From NCBI GenBank assembly GCA_964270895.1, contig OZ185439.1: DNA of 64,000 nucleotides; one strand, written 5' to 3'. The stretch's first letter is position 1; each line of letters begins with the position of its first letter. Shown here piece by piece: positions 23,995 through 36,739 of the stretch. The position numbers and the translations under genes are program-made. The stretch comes from Podarcis filfolensis. Taxonomy: Eukaryota. Under the pieces are notes generated by a model that made no database searches, was not told the origin of the DNA, and saw nothing but the letters and a program-made list of their open reading frames with translations.

Positions 23995-24900
23995 GTAAGG
24001 AGGGGCGGCAGCGGCTCCCCGGCCTTCCCCACCCCACGGGCTCGCTCCCCTCCTGCCAGCTCGCCTCGGCGCCCCCCTTCGCCCTGCCGCGCGCTACCCC
24101 AGCGCGCCCTTTGCGCTCCGCGCGTCCCCCCTCCACGGCCTCGCCGAGCCGCGGCTGGGACGCGAGGAGGAGGCCGGGCCATGGTTCCTATTAAGATGCA
24201 CATGTTTGCAATGGAGAAAGCATCTCGGAAAGGCTGGCTGGAGGGGGGGGGGGAGAGAGAAATGCTGCCGCTTGCCTTAGCCCCACCGCCCGCGCCCGGT
24301 TCTGGAGCGGGTTTCAGCCCCGAAAGGGCGAATCTGAAGCTGATAACCGTCGATGTCCCAGGGGGCGGTCACTCCAGGGCTTCTTTGGTCAGGAGAACCG
24401 CTCCCCTACGCGATTAACGGGGCCCTGATGGGAAAGAGTCCGAAGGAATCCCTCCAGAGCCCGCGCCGATGCCCAAGACGGGGCGGGCTTGCCCTCCAGC
24501 CGGTCCGCGGGGAAAGGGAGAGGGGCGTCCTAGGGTCTCGTCGCTGCCCGCCGGGAGAGCGCAAGCTCCAGGTATCCTTTCTCAGCCGCATCTCTCCCGG
24601 CTGCCTCCGGAGGGCTGGAGAAGATGCCCCGTCGTCCCTCTGGGCGGTCTTCCGTGGGGCGAAGGGTGGCTTTCCGGCCCCTTGGCGAGGGCAGCCGGTG
24701 CGGGAGTGCAGCCCTTCTTTGCTTCTCCGGGCAGCCTCCTCTTTCCCTTCGGGGCCTTTGACGGCCTGACGGGCTAGCGGCGCCCTCGGTGTGCACCGGG
24801 GGAGGCGCGATGGCGGCGCTCCGAGCGCGGCTTGCCTCTCCGGTCGGGCCCTGGGCTGCGCAGGATCCGTCCTCTCTCACGCAGCTCCTTGTCCGCGCAG

Positions 24901-25058
24901 CTCCCGGCGTCTGGTGACCCTGGCCCGTGGCCTGGCGCCCGCCTTCCTCCGCTTCGCCGGCAAGAGGACAGACTTCTTGCAGTTCCAGAACGTGAAGAAC
25001 CCGGCCAAGAGCCGAGGCGGACCCGGACCCGACTACTACCTCAAGAACTACGAGGACG
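24901..25058 (+). CDS. HPSE2: Heparanase 2 exon 2
   Basis: Acceptor cttgtccgcgcag|. SRRLVTLARGLAPAFLRFAGKRTDFLQFQNVKNPAKSRGGPGPDYYLKNYED. 158 nt, donor G|gtgagg, phases 2 to 1. Confidence 0.97.
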
Positions 25059-27624
25059 GTGAGGCTGCGGAAGCGCAGGCAGGGGCCAAGCCGGGGAGAG
25101 GGCAGCGGCGGGGAAAGAGGGGCGAGGCTGCGATCCCGCTATTCCCTGGACGGGACGGACATGGGGGGATGCGATCCCAGAGACGGAGGAAGGATGCTCA
25201 CTCTGCAGACCCCGGCAAACCCTTCCATTATCAGTGATTGGGCGATGGGGAGGAGAGGCAGGCTCTTCTTATGGGGGAAAGGAGGCTTATCACGCGGAGC
25301 TAGTGATAAGGATAAGGAGGTGGCCCTAGTGAACTGGGGCCAAAGTAAGTTCTCTGCTTATTAGGGTCTTTTTGCTGCCAGCAGTGGCTGATCCCATGCA
25401 GGTGACTTTAAAACAACTCACACATTTACACCTGACTTGTGATTAAAAGCCCTCCTGTGCTGTTTGGCAGGATGTTAAGGATGCCTAAGGCTCCCAAGCA
25501 GGGCGGCAGCGAGGGTCAGATAATTTGGTCCCTGGTATCTTATGCAAGAAGCAGTTCAGGTGATAATGGGCTGCTACCCCAGACCCAAATAATACCTTCC
25601 TTGCAGATGTGCACCTGCTTCTGTGCCAGCATGTTTGGACTGTGGCTCCAGAGAGTGTTGAGGACATCAAGGCATATATGCTGGGATGGTTGCATGACAC
25701 AGCCTGGCGTTTCTGATGGTGCATTGGGAGGGCTTATGCCAGGCAGACATCATTAACCCTTTTGCTCTGTGTGTCTTTTGCAAGAGAGCTAAAAGTGGTT
25801 GCTAAACTGTGTCCACGGGTTGTATTTCACTAAGCTTTACTCACAATAGACTCCTTGAAATTGATGGACATCAATTAACACATGACTAATGTAGGTGTGT
25901 TAATGTTAATGGGTCTACTCTGTGTAAAGGTTAGTTGAATGTCACCCTATAGGTCCATGTGTGAGAAGAGCAATTTGGTATTCAACTGGTGGTTCAGGAC
26001 CCACATTAGGTTGCATCCTGATTTTTGGTAAATATGTGGTTTTTTGGGTGTGTGTTTTTTAAGGGTCACCAAATTCATGTTTGGGTAAAAGATGAGCTGA
26101 GGGTCTGAAAAAGTTGAAGACTAGGGGGAAAGGCAGAGGAGAAGATTCCACCTGTAAGAATGCAGGAGTAGCTTTGCTGAATCAGACCAGACACCCAGCT
26201 AATCCCCACACTCTCCACAGCAGTAGGCAGTCAGTTGCAAGGCAGGGAGGAGAAAACCACCCCCTCTTGTTTACCTGGTAATTGAAGATACATTGCCTAT
26301 AAATAGGAACATTTGGTTTTTATGCTAGCATGGCCAATGGAATCATCTTTACCCATGAACTGGCTTAATTCACTTTTAACAGTGGACTCCTACCTATATT
26401 TACCCAGAAGTTTCCACTTGGTTCTGTGGTGCTTACTCTCAGATAAGTGGGACTAGGATTGCAGCCTAAAGTGGTTGCTATCAATTATGCTATCAATTAT
26501 GCCGTTTGCCTGTCCTCTGCTTACTGCCAGTTGTTACACCAGGCACAACTGGTGGGCAAAACTAAAAGCAAAGTACATGGAAGTACAAATTACACTTTGT
26601 GAGTGTGTGATTTAGGCAGAAATCCAGAATATGCAAATATCAAGATAAAAAATGGAAAGCAATAATCTAAACAAAAACCTCATGGTTACCATGCAACAAA
26701 GGTCGGTCATACAAAGTGTATGGTGTCTCAAAATCCACCAGAATTCACAACCCTCCAAAATCTACCCCTCAGACGGGGTGAGGCAAACTCTCCACAAGGA
26801 TTTATTTATATTTAGACCATTTCATAAATAATTGTATATTTAACTTTTCTTCTACTGTGGGATTGTGGCTGGATCAATCTTTGACAAAACACTTTGAGTT
26901 TAAGAGATTTAACATACAAAGAAGTAAACAGTGCATCTTTCCCCAGGAACACAGGCAATTTCAATGGATTAGTCAGCTTGTTGAGAGAGACATAGAATAG
27001 TGTAGGACACAGTAACCCAAGGAAACAAGGGTAGATGGAGATGCTTCCTTGCCTGATCCTTCCCTGCCATCCATGGTATAGTTGGTGCTGTGATTTGTAC
27101 ACTGACCTCTCCCACCTTTGTCCTCTGGCTGAGATTACGATATTCCCTCATCCTTCATTTTTATCTTGGAGATTGCAGGGTACTTTACCTTGGAGGCACC
27201 CGCGCAAAGGGGTAGAGAGCACAAAAATATTGGGGAGAGTGTGGAAGGGGCAAAGTGCATTTTGGGATGGGGAGAGCTTTGTCCCACATGCTATATTTCT
27301 TAAAGAAAAAATATGGTATATTTCATATACATTCAGGTTGTCATCAACGTCTTTTCTCTGATGTGAGTCCATTGATTTTGATGGAGTTTAGTTTTCCTGT
27401 AAGCATGCTTGGGGACTGCAGCCTTATTTTAATTTCTAGTGTATGATTCAGTTACAATTTGTATGTAAAAAGTGCATTTTCTTCAAGCAGCCGTTGGACT
27501 CTACCAATGAGGTGGTGCAAGGCTAAGCTGCTTGTTTCCCCTCCCTACGTTTGGTGATACCTATAGTACTTAAAGGCAGAAAATCTGAACTGCGCACATA
27601 TCCTACATTTAAAGGACATTATTT

Positions 27625-27735
27625 CACCCAAAGTGTCCTGGGAACTTTAGTTTACCCTACACAGAGCAACAGTTCCCAGCACCCTTAACAAATTTCCCAG
27701 GATTCTTTGTGGGAGATAATGCACTTTAAATGTAT
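27625..27735. mobile_element. Short palindromic MITE (gggaact.tagt / acagttcccag family)
   Basis: cctgggaactttagttt...cagttcccagcacccttaacaaa...cccaggattctttg. Related copies at about 20640-20770 and 62665-62750. Confidence 0.55.
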
Positions 27736-28025
27736 GATGAATATGCATCCTTGGTTTTTAACGCCTGGTGGTTTTCAAGAACCTGCAACAGTTCTATCAC
27801 ACCAATTTGGGCAAATGGAATGCATGCCAGCATTTCTGGTGAAGCTGAGTATTTCCGGTGAAGCTGAGCAACACAGTAAGGGGCAGGTTTGGGCCTGTCT
27901 GATGCTAGAAAGGCCGGGCTCCATGTTACAGGGTCCATGTCTTTCTCTTAGCAGGAACCTGCCCATGGCTTCCTTCCCCACCCACTCCTTTGCCACTTCT
28001 TGAACTCAATAATTCAAGCTGTATA

Positions 28026-28030
<5 letters not shown>

Positions 28031-28102
<72 letters not shown>
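28031..28102. repeat. Compound (GT)16(GA)20 microsatellite
   Basis: Read directly. Confidence 0.95.
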
Positions 28103-28105
<3 letters not shown>

Positions 28106-29749
28106 TCTGCCACCACTGCCAACTTAGAAGTGGTATATGAATACTAAGGGCTATGCATTAGATCAGTAATTCTTACAGAAACCATATACAGCAGACACAC
28201 AACTACAGCAGGTCCTGCTCCTTTCGTTAGCTGAACCGAATTTATAACTGGATCAGAAATGAAGGAGAACATTCACACAACACCTCTAGACACCTCCTTT
28301 TACAGCACACATTTTCTCTCCTTTACTTACTCAGCTCAGAGTGCTTCTGCTCCACTTCCTGACAATTTGGGGAAAATATCAGTCTGTACTTCTTTCTCCC
28401 TGTTTCAGGGGTGAACCTTGGGAGTGAGGAAAGACACAGGGCATTTTCTTAACAGTAGTAAACTTCTTGCTCAATACTTTAGCATCTGCTTAGAGTCAAG
28501 ACTTCAGGTCTGTAGCTGAAATAAATGCTGGTAAACACATAGGGCTGAAAAGGTTTTCCATGAATGCCCAGTTTTCCCAGTTAACCTTTGGCTTGTTAGA
28601 AGCAGCTTTTCTAGCAAAGTATATTTGCTTATTATCATTTAACCATTGATCTTACTCTCAAATTTTCCACCCCATTTGTAAACTGGGCTGAAATCACATA
28701 ATGTTTGTAAAGTTTGACTTGCTGCCACAAAAAAGGCTACACTGGAGTAGTGCCACAATGGTAACATAAGGTTTGCCCTCACACATTTTTCTAGTGCTGC
28801 AATCCTGTAAAGACTTAATTTAGGAACAAGCCCCAAGAAGAACACAGTTGTACAGGATTGGACTGCAAAGTCCAAGTGGTTGAGTTTATTATTTCACAAG
28901 CCTAAATAGTTATATGAACATTATGTCCCTTTTCTAAATACTGATTTCAACTTAACTTCTTCCTTCTAAGCAATATATGTAGAATGGCCATTTTTCTTGG
29001 GATTTATTATTTTCAGCAGGGCTGAAAGCTGCAATGACTAATTGCTAATTAAGCAATTAAATCAGAACCACTCCCCATCAAAGGGAATTCCTGGCAGCTG
29101 AAGACTTTGATGTAAACCATCCATGTGCCCTTCTTGACTTAGGAATGTCATAATGATCACCCTAACAATAAATTAATAGTATGTAATATTTGGATAGGAG
29201 TATTATCTTGAAATACATTCAAAAGTCCATCTGCCTGTAATATTTATTTACATAGATTGCTCTGGGAATTAACTTTCTTGCTTATTTTTGAAAAACAGTA
29301 ATTAGTTTTAATATTTTTATTCATCAAAGGTTTTAAGCCTCTCTTCTTGCCTAGACAGATGACCTGGTTGAAGCTTCTGCAACTTCCCAGATGTTTTGGG
29401 CTCTGTTTTCCTCACCCGCTAGCCAGCAGATCCAGTGATAAGGGATTATGCTAGCTGCAATTCAGAATATCTGAAAGGCACCAGGCTGAGGAAGGCTGGT
29501 CTAGACTTCTGTTGCATAAGTACTGAGATTTGGTGTGTGGACATTTTGGCTCACACTCTTCATTGCTGTGATACACTGGCTTTCACTGTACAAGATAACA
29601 TGCTAACTCTGGATTAATTAGTGAAGGGTAAATACAGTCTCTGGATGTGAACTCACAGTTTATTTAAAATTGGAGGTATCTAGGGGACGTATTGACATAT
29701 TCAGGTTATAACTACTCAGTTTAAAGCCACAGTCCTATGCAAACTTAGG

Positions 29750-30275
29750 AAATGTAAGAAGCTACCTTAGTTTACATCAGACCATTAGTCCACCTAGCTG
29801 ATAATTTCTGGTCCCCAACCTTTTTTGAGCTCTGGGGCACATTTGCAAAATCTAAGCAACTATTGCAGACACTGCAAAATGACTTTCACAGAAGAACTGC
29901 AGATGCTTCGAACACACCCAACCCTGACCAAAAACCCGGCATAACACCTACATGCTCCAAAACAAAGAAGACCAAAAAAAAGCAGCTAAGCCCCACAAAC
30001 ACTGACAAGAAAAAGGCAAAAAAACCAACCAATCCAACTCTCAATTAAAAAACTACACAAATTAGAACCTTGGAGAGGCAGGGAAACCTTAGTGCATGCC
30101 CAAGTGAGTGTCTGAGGATGCCACAGTGCCCACAAGCACCGTATAGGGGACCCCAGACCCACAACGATTAGCAGTGGCTCTGCATCATTTCAGGCAGGAA
30201 TCTGTCCCAGCCCTATTTGGAGATGCTGGGGAATTTAACTCTCTTCCTTTCCCACTGAGCTATAGCCTCTTCCTT
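29750..30275 (-). mobile_element. tRNA-derived SINE interrupted by a hAT-type insertion (about 29808-30155)
   Basis: Reverse SINE parts (gaagctacc...cagaccattagtccacctagct; tttcaggcagg...cccagccctatttggagatgctgggg; cccactgagctatagcc) flank a block bounded by ggtccccaacc and ggggacccca. Confidence 0.55.
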
Positions 30276-30377
30276 ACATGGGAATAAGCTTCATTCAGTA
30301 ATAGTGGTATTTACTTCCAAGTAAACATCTACAGAAGGGATGGGAACCCCTGTTTGAGCCCCACATTGGGCAAAAAG

Positions 30378-30440
30378 ATTCCTGCATTTCAGGAAGTTAG
30401 ACAAGGTGACCCTTGTGGTCTCTTTCAACTCTATGATTCT
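30378..30440 (+). mobile_element. CR1 extreme 3' end
   Basis: ttcctgcatttcaggaagttagac...acccttgtggtctctttcaactctatgattct. Confidence 0.7.
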
Positions 30441-32324
30441 ACTTTACAATGTGATCATGAGACATCCAGAAAGTATAAAACAATGCAGCTACATAAGAAC
30501 ATGAATCATTCCCAAAATATAATACTGATTGTCCCTGAATCTTCCTGCCACATTTGCCATCCTCCCCTGCAACTCCAGTGTGGCCTGTCACACCCTAACC
30601 ACTGCCTTAAAGGAACAACATAATCCACACTTGCCGATTCTCAGTATAAACCAAAAAATGCATCACTAGAATCTAAATTTAGAGATGCAAATGTATATCA
30701 TTTTAAGTTCATAGACTTTTAGGATGAGTGTCCTTTTAACAGAGACTATGCAAGAGTTGGTTTGTGAACTGCACCTTCGGTATTAAGATGATAACCTCTG
30801 GTCTGGAGAAAAACAAATGAGGAATCAGACTTTAAATTCCAAAGGAAAGTAACAAGATCCACGTGCGTGCACACACACCCCTTTCAGCCTTTCTTTGGCT
30901 GCATGACCCAGGAGGCTGTTAGCTGAAGATTTTCCATAAGTCATTACTGAGGAAGCCAATTAATCCCAGACAGACCTCAGCGGGTAGGTCGGCAACAGAG
31001 AGGATGTCTCATAGAGATCTTGTCTGCCTGGACAAGAGGCTTCCAGCCCCAGTTCCTTTCTTTCATTCTATGGGTTCTTTTTGATGCAGATACCTCAGTC
31101 AGAAGAGGCGATACAAACCTGAGATTCTCTTTGCAGGCACGGATAAAGTGCCCCCACCCCCAGCATCCTGCTTCACATATACGTACTTCTGCCTGTTCCC
31201 TCTCTCCTTCCCACCCAAACTTGCTTTGTTGAGGCCACTGCAGTTTAAAAGCTAAAGGAGAAACTTCTCATCGGTAGCATAAAACTTCTCTGACCAAGAG
31301 CTGTGGTTGGTTCACACTAAACATTTGCAGAAATAAGTGTTCGCTCAGCCCAAAGGTCAATATTTCAACAAGTTGTGGTAGGGAACTTACACTTATTAAA
31401 TGTCTTCGCCCAGGTTTCTTTGCTGTTGAGTGACTGCGGCCTTTTGTTTCTTCCATTTTTCCCTCCTGGCAATAAAGTTGAAATGTAGCAGCCCTTCAAA
31501 ATGAAGTTTCTCATAGAAGTTGTAACCACAGGTCTTAACTTTTCATCACTTAAATGTGGAACAGAACCATTGCAAATGGGGGAAGGAGGGAGGGGACACA
31601 TGTGGTGTGTATCAGAGATCAGTGTAAATCAGAAAGGTGTGGTGAGGGGGATTTCCTGCCCACAGGCCCAGTGTTCTTACTGGCTCCCCTGCACAGGCTC
31701 TTGGAATTGCAGACAGGACCTTCTTCCCACAGAGTGTTACAGAGAACCATTCTTTTTTGTGGGCGAGGGGAGGCAAAGATCCTTGCAACACCCTCAAGAC
31801 AAATTGGCTGGCCATGGCATGGATGCATGTGACGAGGAGATCCGTATTTGCAACAACATCTGACCTAATGTACAGGCTGTGTTCTGCAAACATGGGTCTT
31901 TTGCTGGCTGCTCTGGAAATGCCTTCTGCTTCCCTTCAGATAATAGTAGAAATGTATGAAGGGGAAATGCACACTTTCCCTTCTGTACAATGCTTTGCAT
32001 TGTCCTGGCCACTATTGCAAATCCTGCTGCACCTTCAGATCAATCATTGTTAAACCATGTCAAGTACCACATTTTTCTTGAGTAGGAATAGTTTTGTTGG
32101 CTTGCTTTCTTGGAGCACTGCCTGCCATTATGGAACTAACTTTTGTTCCCCAATTTTCAGGCAACAGGTGTAAAAATAACAAAAAGCCTTGTGGCTCAAT
32201 GTAGACGAACAAATGTCACGTTTAAGGTGCCAGAAGGCTCTTAGGGCTCTTCTAGATGAACTGTTTATTGAGCATTCATTCCAATCTGCTTGTGTGGAGG
32301 TTATATGATGCTGTGCCAAGGGAT

Positions 32325-32972
32325 TGCACATGACGTGTGATGCTAATTATTTCCCCCCAAGAGTTAAATGATAACTAATCAGAGGCAGCTACAGGAGAGC
32401 TATGAGATTCAGGTGAGGGTCAGATGCCTTGTCAATCCCAGCAGGTATATAAGAGGAGACTGCCCAAGCCACAGAATGCATGTTCAGAGTGCTGGAGATC
32501 CAGAATGCATGTGCAGACTGCTGGAGATCCAGACACAGGAAAAGGAATGTCCAGCTTTTGTGGCCATTTATAATCTTGTCTTTTCCCCCAAACAACCATC
32601 TCATGCCCATTCTGCTAGTTCCTGAGGCTTGTTTGGTGGCAACATGGGGGAGAGACTTCTCAGTGGTGGTGCCCTGGTTTGGAACATCCTCCCTGCAGAG
32701 ATATGACTGCCACTGATGCTGATCTTTTGGCGCCAGCTAAAGACTTGGCTGTTTGCCCAGGCCTTCATTGGAGTTAAATGTCAAACTGATGGTTGTGATT
32801 ATTCTGATTATAATTTATTGGCCTGGGCAGGCCGGGTCGGCCTTTTATATACCTGCTGGGATTGACAAGGCATCTGACCCTCACCTGAATCTCATAGCTC
32901 TCCTGTAGCTGCCGCTGATTAATTATCATTTAAATCTTGGGGGGAAATAATTAGCATCACACGTCATATGCA
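32325..32972. mobile_element. 648-bp unit with 132-bp inverted terminal arms, unclassified
   Basis: 32325-32456 versus the reverse complement of 32841-32972 shows 5 mismatches in 132 bp. TG...CA ends; no clear TSD. Confidence 0.85.
32545..32820 (+). mobile_element. Decayed L2 ORF2 C-terminus and 3' tail inside the inverted-arm unit
   Basis: Translates as RDFSVVVPW(frameshift)NILPAEI*LPLMLIFWRQLKTWLFAQAF, matching the L2 pattern AFS.VAP.LWN.LP....F...LKT.LF.QAF, followed by a (tat/att)-rich tail. Confidence 0.7.
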
Positions 32973-34189
32973 TGGAAGTTGCCAAACCTGTTAACCAACT
33001 AGAAGGATTACTGTTAATAGCATCAGTTTTCCTATAACTTGATATCGCTAGATAGTTTTGATGAACTGCAAAAGCATTTTTAGTTTGCTTTCTGTTGCCA
33101 CCCTGGAACTTTTCTTTATTCGAGCCACTTGGTTTTGTACGTTTCCTTGCAAATGAAGGAAAACAACCTTTCTGCTTGTATATGTTGATAATATAATTTT
33201 GGTTACTGAGGACAAACAAGATTGGGTGCAGGCCTGGCCAGGACATAGGCGTCCTGACTGTGACAAAGGTGACCTGTGTGCTTGCTTGCTTGCTTGCTTG
33301 CTTGATTAACAACTGTTGGGAACTTCAAGGTCCCTGCTCTCCCTTCATATGGTCTTTGTACTGGACCTGGAGACTCCAATAGAGAGCATTCCATGTTAAG
33401 AAGGAAGGCAAGTGGGCACTCTATCAAATGACAGAGCAGGAGTTACATGGAGCAGGGCCTTTTCATTGGTAGTGCCCATTGTATGCCTTGCTCTTCCCAG
33501 ACCTGCTCTCTTTTGGCCTGTATTTTGAAGCTTTATAATTTAGGAAGACTTTGGAAGAAGTGGTTGACAAGTCTTATCAGTTGCTGACTTATGAGCGGAT
33601 TTTATTTGCTGCTGTTCTATGCTTCTGGTGCACCAGGGTTTACACCAGCATAATAGAGTTGGCCAGGATACCAGAAGGGATACAATTTACGAGCTTTCTC
33701 CATTATCTGCACAGCATGGGGTGTTCAGTCAATAGTGCAAATGCTGAGCTGAAGCATTCCCTGCTGGTTACCTACTTTCAGCAATAGGGGTCGCTGTTTG
33801 GTAGTACCCAGTTGGTTAGCTGTCAGATTCTAGAGCTCCCTATTGGTGGCTCTTAGGTAATTCACAAAATACAGAGCCCATTCTTAAAACACAGTGTTCA
33901 TTCATAAAGCAGTAACATAAATCTCCATTGCTGCATATTGGGTGTATATTTCAGCAGTTGAACGTACAAGTTTATGGCCATGCTGTAGTGTAGTGCTTAT
34001 GCGACTGTGAATAAAAGGTGGCTGGGGTCATTGTCTCAGGGTTTGGGGGGGGGGAAGAGGTGACAAAACTGATTTCCAATAAGTGCCCCCCTTTATTTCC
34101 ATAACAAGTCCTTGAGACTGTACTCTGAATGGTGACACCAAGGACCTAGAAGGTGCCGGGCTTGCCAGTCCAACCCTTGCACAGTCTCA

Positions 34190-34670
34190 TCAGTACTGAC
34201 CTTAAGGCAGTTGGAGCAATTGGGCCAAATTGGGCCCCGCGGGCCGCTCCTAAGGGGGCCCCTGCACCAGGGCAATCTAGATGGATTTTATTTATATCCA
34301 TAAGATTTTGCAGACTTGGGCTGTGAACTGGGGCCCTACAAAAAAGATTCAAGTTGTGCCCCACTGCTTCAAATTGGGCCCCACTGCCTAGCCCTGAGTC
34401 TAATAGTTGCTGGGCCTGAGTTGCCCTGCCCTTGCATGAAGTATTGGGTTTACAATTTTGGGAGAGGGGAGACCGCGGCACTGGGGAGAGGGCAGGCTGG
34501 TGAGGCCCCCTAGACTTAGAGGCCGGAGTTGCCCTGCCCTCGCATGAAGTCTTGGGTTTGCAATTTTGGGAGAGGGGAGACTGCACTGGGGAGCGGGAGG
34601 ACTGGCGAGGCCCTCTAGATTTAGAGACCCTAGGCTTCAGCCTACTTAGCTTATACATAAATCCGGCATG
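34190..34670. mobile_element. hAT-like non-autonomous element with an internal ~105-110 bp tandem duplication
   Basis: Ends cagtactgacc...taaatccggcatg. The unit gagttgccctgccct.gcatgaagt.ttgggttt.caattttgggagaggggagac occurs twice (about 34418 and 34527). Confidence 0.55.
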
Positions 34671-36739
34671 GATAGGTACTGGATAGGTAGTTTGTCTAGC
34701 TTTTGCTGCACAGTTCTTACATTAGTGAACTTGTGCTACCTTCAGAAATTGAATAGTGCAAAAAAGAACGGAGGAAAGACACAATAAATTGTAGTGTAAA
34801 AGGAAGGTCAAGTGCTGCCTTTCACATCAAACTGCTTGTGACAATTCTTGGTTTTGCAATAAGCAAACTGTGTCTACTTTGGTTTCTTATATGTTGGTTA
34901 TTTTTAGTTTAGCTTAAGTTGCCCTATTAGCATATCAGGAGAAATGGCTAAACTAAGAAATCCTTAAAGAATGAAGAAGCCCAACATTGTATGTGCTTTA
35001 AAGGCAATTTAGTGGTGAGTATAGTAGAGAGATTATAGTTTTAGGACCAAGATAAATTTGACTTAGTCTGGTCCAAAAAACCTTCTTGTCATTGCATGGT
35101 TAATTCAACTTTCTGAGCCTTTGAGTCTGCTCAGGAACAGACACATTTACCAGAACAAATACATCCTCCCTGCCCCCATGGCTCCACCCAATTAACAGCT
35201 TTTCATTATGGTAGTTAGCATAAATCCCCTTGGGGTAAAATACTCACCTTATCTGATTTTATGCCAAGGCCCAGACACCCTAGTCACCGAATACTTCTAA
35301 AAACTTGGCCAGAGAGCTGAGAGAAATCACAGAAGCCATTTTAATGACCATGACCTTTTTAACTAGCTATTTTCAAAGCTTTACAGCTTTCCATTTACTG
35401 GCTCTCTTGTCTGATGACCAAGAGACAGTGGGTTTGATCCCTACAGGATGTCTCACTTTCCAGTGTCGCCCTGCCTCACTTATTTCCATACGTGTTGGGG
35501 TTTGTTTGTTTTTTGTCAAACAGAAGGTACAATTAAAGTTTCTTTTAAAATTCATTTGGGATTAGTCTGAAAAGTTTAAACAAAGCCCCCCTCAATGTAA
35601 TTTTTGGGCAATTGCTATGTGGTGGGCATTCTAGCTCTTGGGAAATATTCACTCAGGTCTTTAGGCATCCCAAAGGAATGCAGGGCTCCACCCACAGAGG
35701 AAAGCCTTTTCTGTGGACTCACACGCTCCCTCTGTCTCATACTGGCTGGATGTTTGTCTGTCCCTTGATACCAGTTTAGAGAAGGCTGATGGATGGGGTG
35801 TGAGATGTACTAATCTCTGCTGGAATTTCTCCTCCCACTGCAAAGGGGGTCTCCCTCTGGGAAATTATTTGGGATGCTTTGAACCCAGAGTGCAGAGCGC
35901 ACTCTTCTGCCATGGCTGGAATGGGACAGAACTTCCAAACTCCCCTGGTCTGTGCCTTATTGTGAAGGCGGGAGCTTTCTAACCTACCCTGGGCTGATAT
36001 GCCGAGATAACATAGGGTGACTGGAGCATGCTGCCTACAGAAGGCCTCATTGTGCCTCTGCACTATGGTGTGAGGAGTCCTTTACTTTGCTTTTCCAGTC
36101 CCCCAAACTCTGGATTTTGTGTCCTGCAGTCAGCCGCAGCTCACCCACCTGCCACACGGGTGTGCTCCCTTCATACTGCATCCATCTGTGAGTCTGCTGT
36201 ATCAAGGACTGCACACAGGATGGTTGCACATAGTCATGATTCAACATTCACAGCAAGGACCTGGTGATCCATAGCTGTATTGCAACCAAGTCCAAGAGTT
36301 CTAGGCAGAGCTCAACCCACCAACCCAACCCCCATCTTTCATATGAGATCTTGGGCTAATTCTTTGTCAGTATTTGCACACTTAGGTGGGAGTGAGTCCC
36401 ACTGACAACAGTAAGACTTATTCCCAAGTAAACATGCACGCATTTGGGCTAAAGGACAAACCAGCTAAGAGTCTGGTTTCCTGGAAGAACAGTTAGGTAG
36501 TTTTAACTCGTTAAAATGATGGGATGAGAGCAGACAAAGTGGGTGGGATTTTTGTGTCCTTTTCCTTATCCAGCTTCATATTCTGTTCCCCCCTATATTT
36601 CTTGTTCCTAGTTCCTTCCTCCTTCTACCATCTCAGCTGGCTTTTACCCTCCTTGGGAGGAATTGAGATCTATAAATCCAATAAATAAAAATAACTTTTC
36701 CCCTTTTGGCAGTCATAATTATAATTGCTCAGAATGGGG

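Larger units (their letters stand above)
14530..25300. promoter_or_regulatory. Broad CpG-retaining domain ending in the HPSE2 CpG island
   Basis: CpGs become frequent abruptly near 14.5 kb (about 6 in line 15421, about 8 in line 20101, versus 0 in line 12001) and stay frequent until about 25.3 kb, even in moderate-GC stretches. Confidence 0.7.

Noticed and set aside
29880-30065. NUMT (mitochondrial L-strand-like composition)
   Set aside because: No recognisable mitochondrial gene, tRNA or control-region motif; it sits within hAT-like ends.
34146-34658. 170-aa minus ORF with an internal repeat
   Set aside because: The repeat is simply the tandem duplication inside a non-autonomous hAT-like element.
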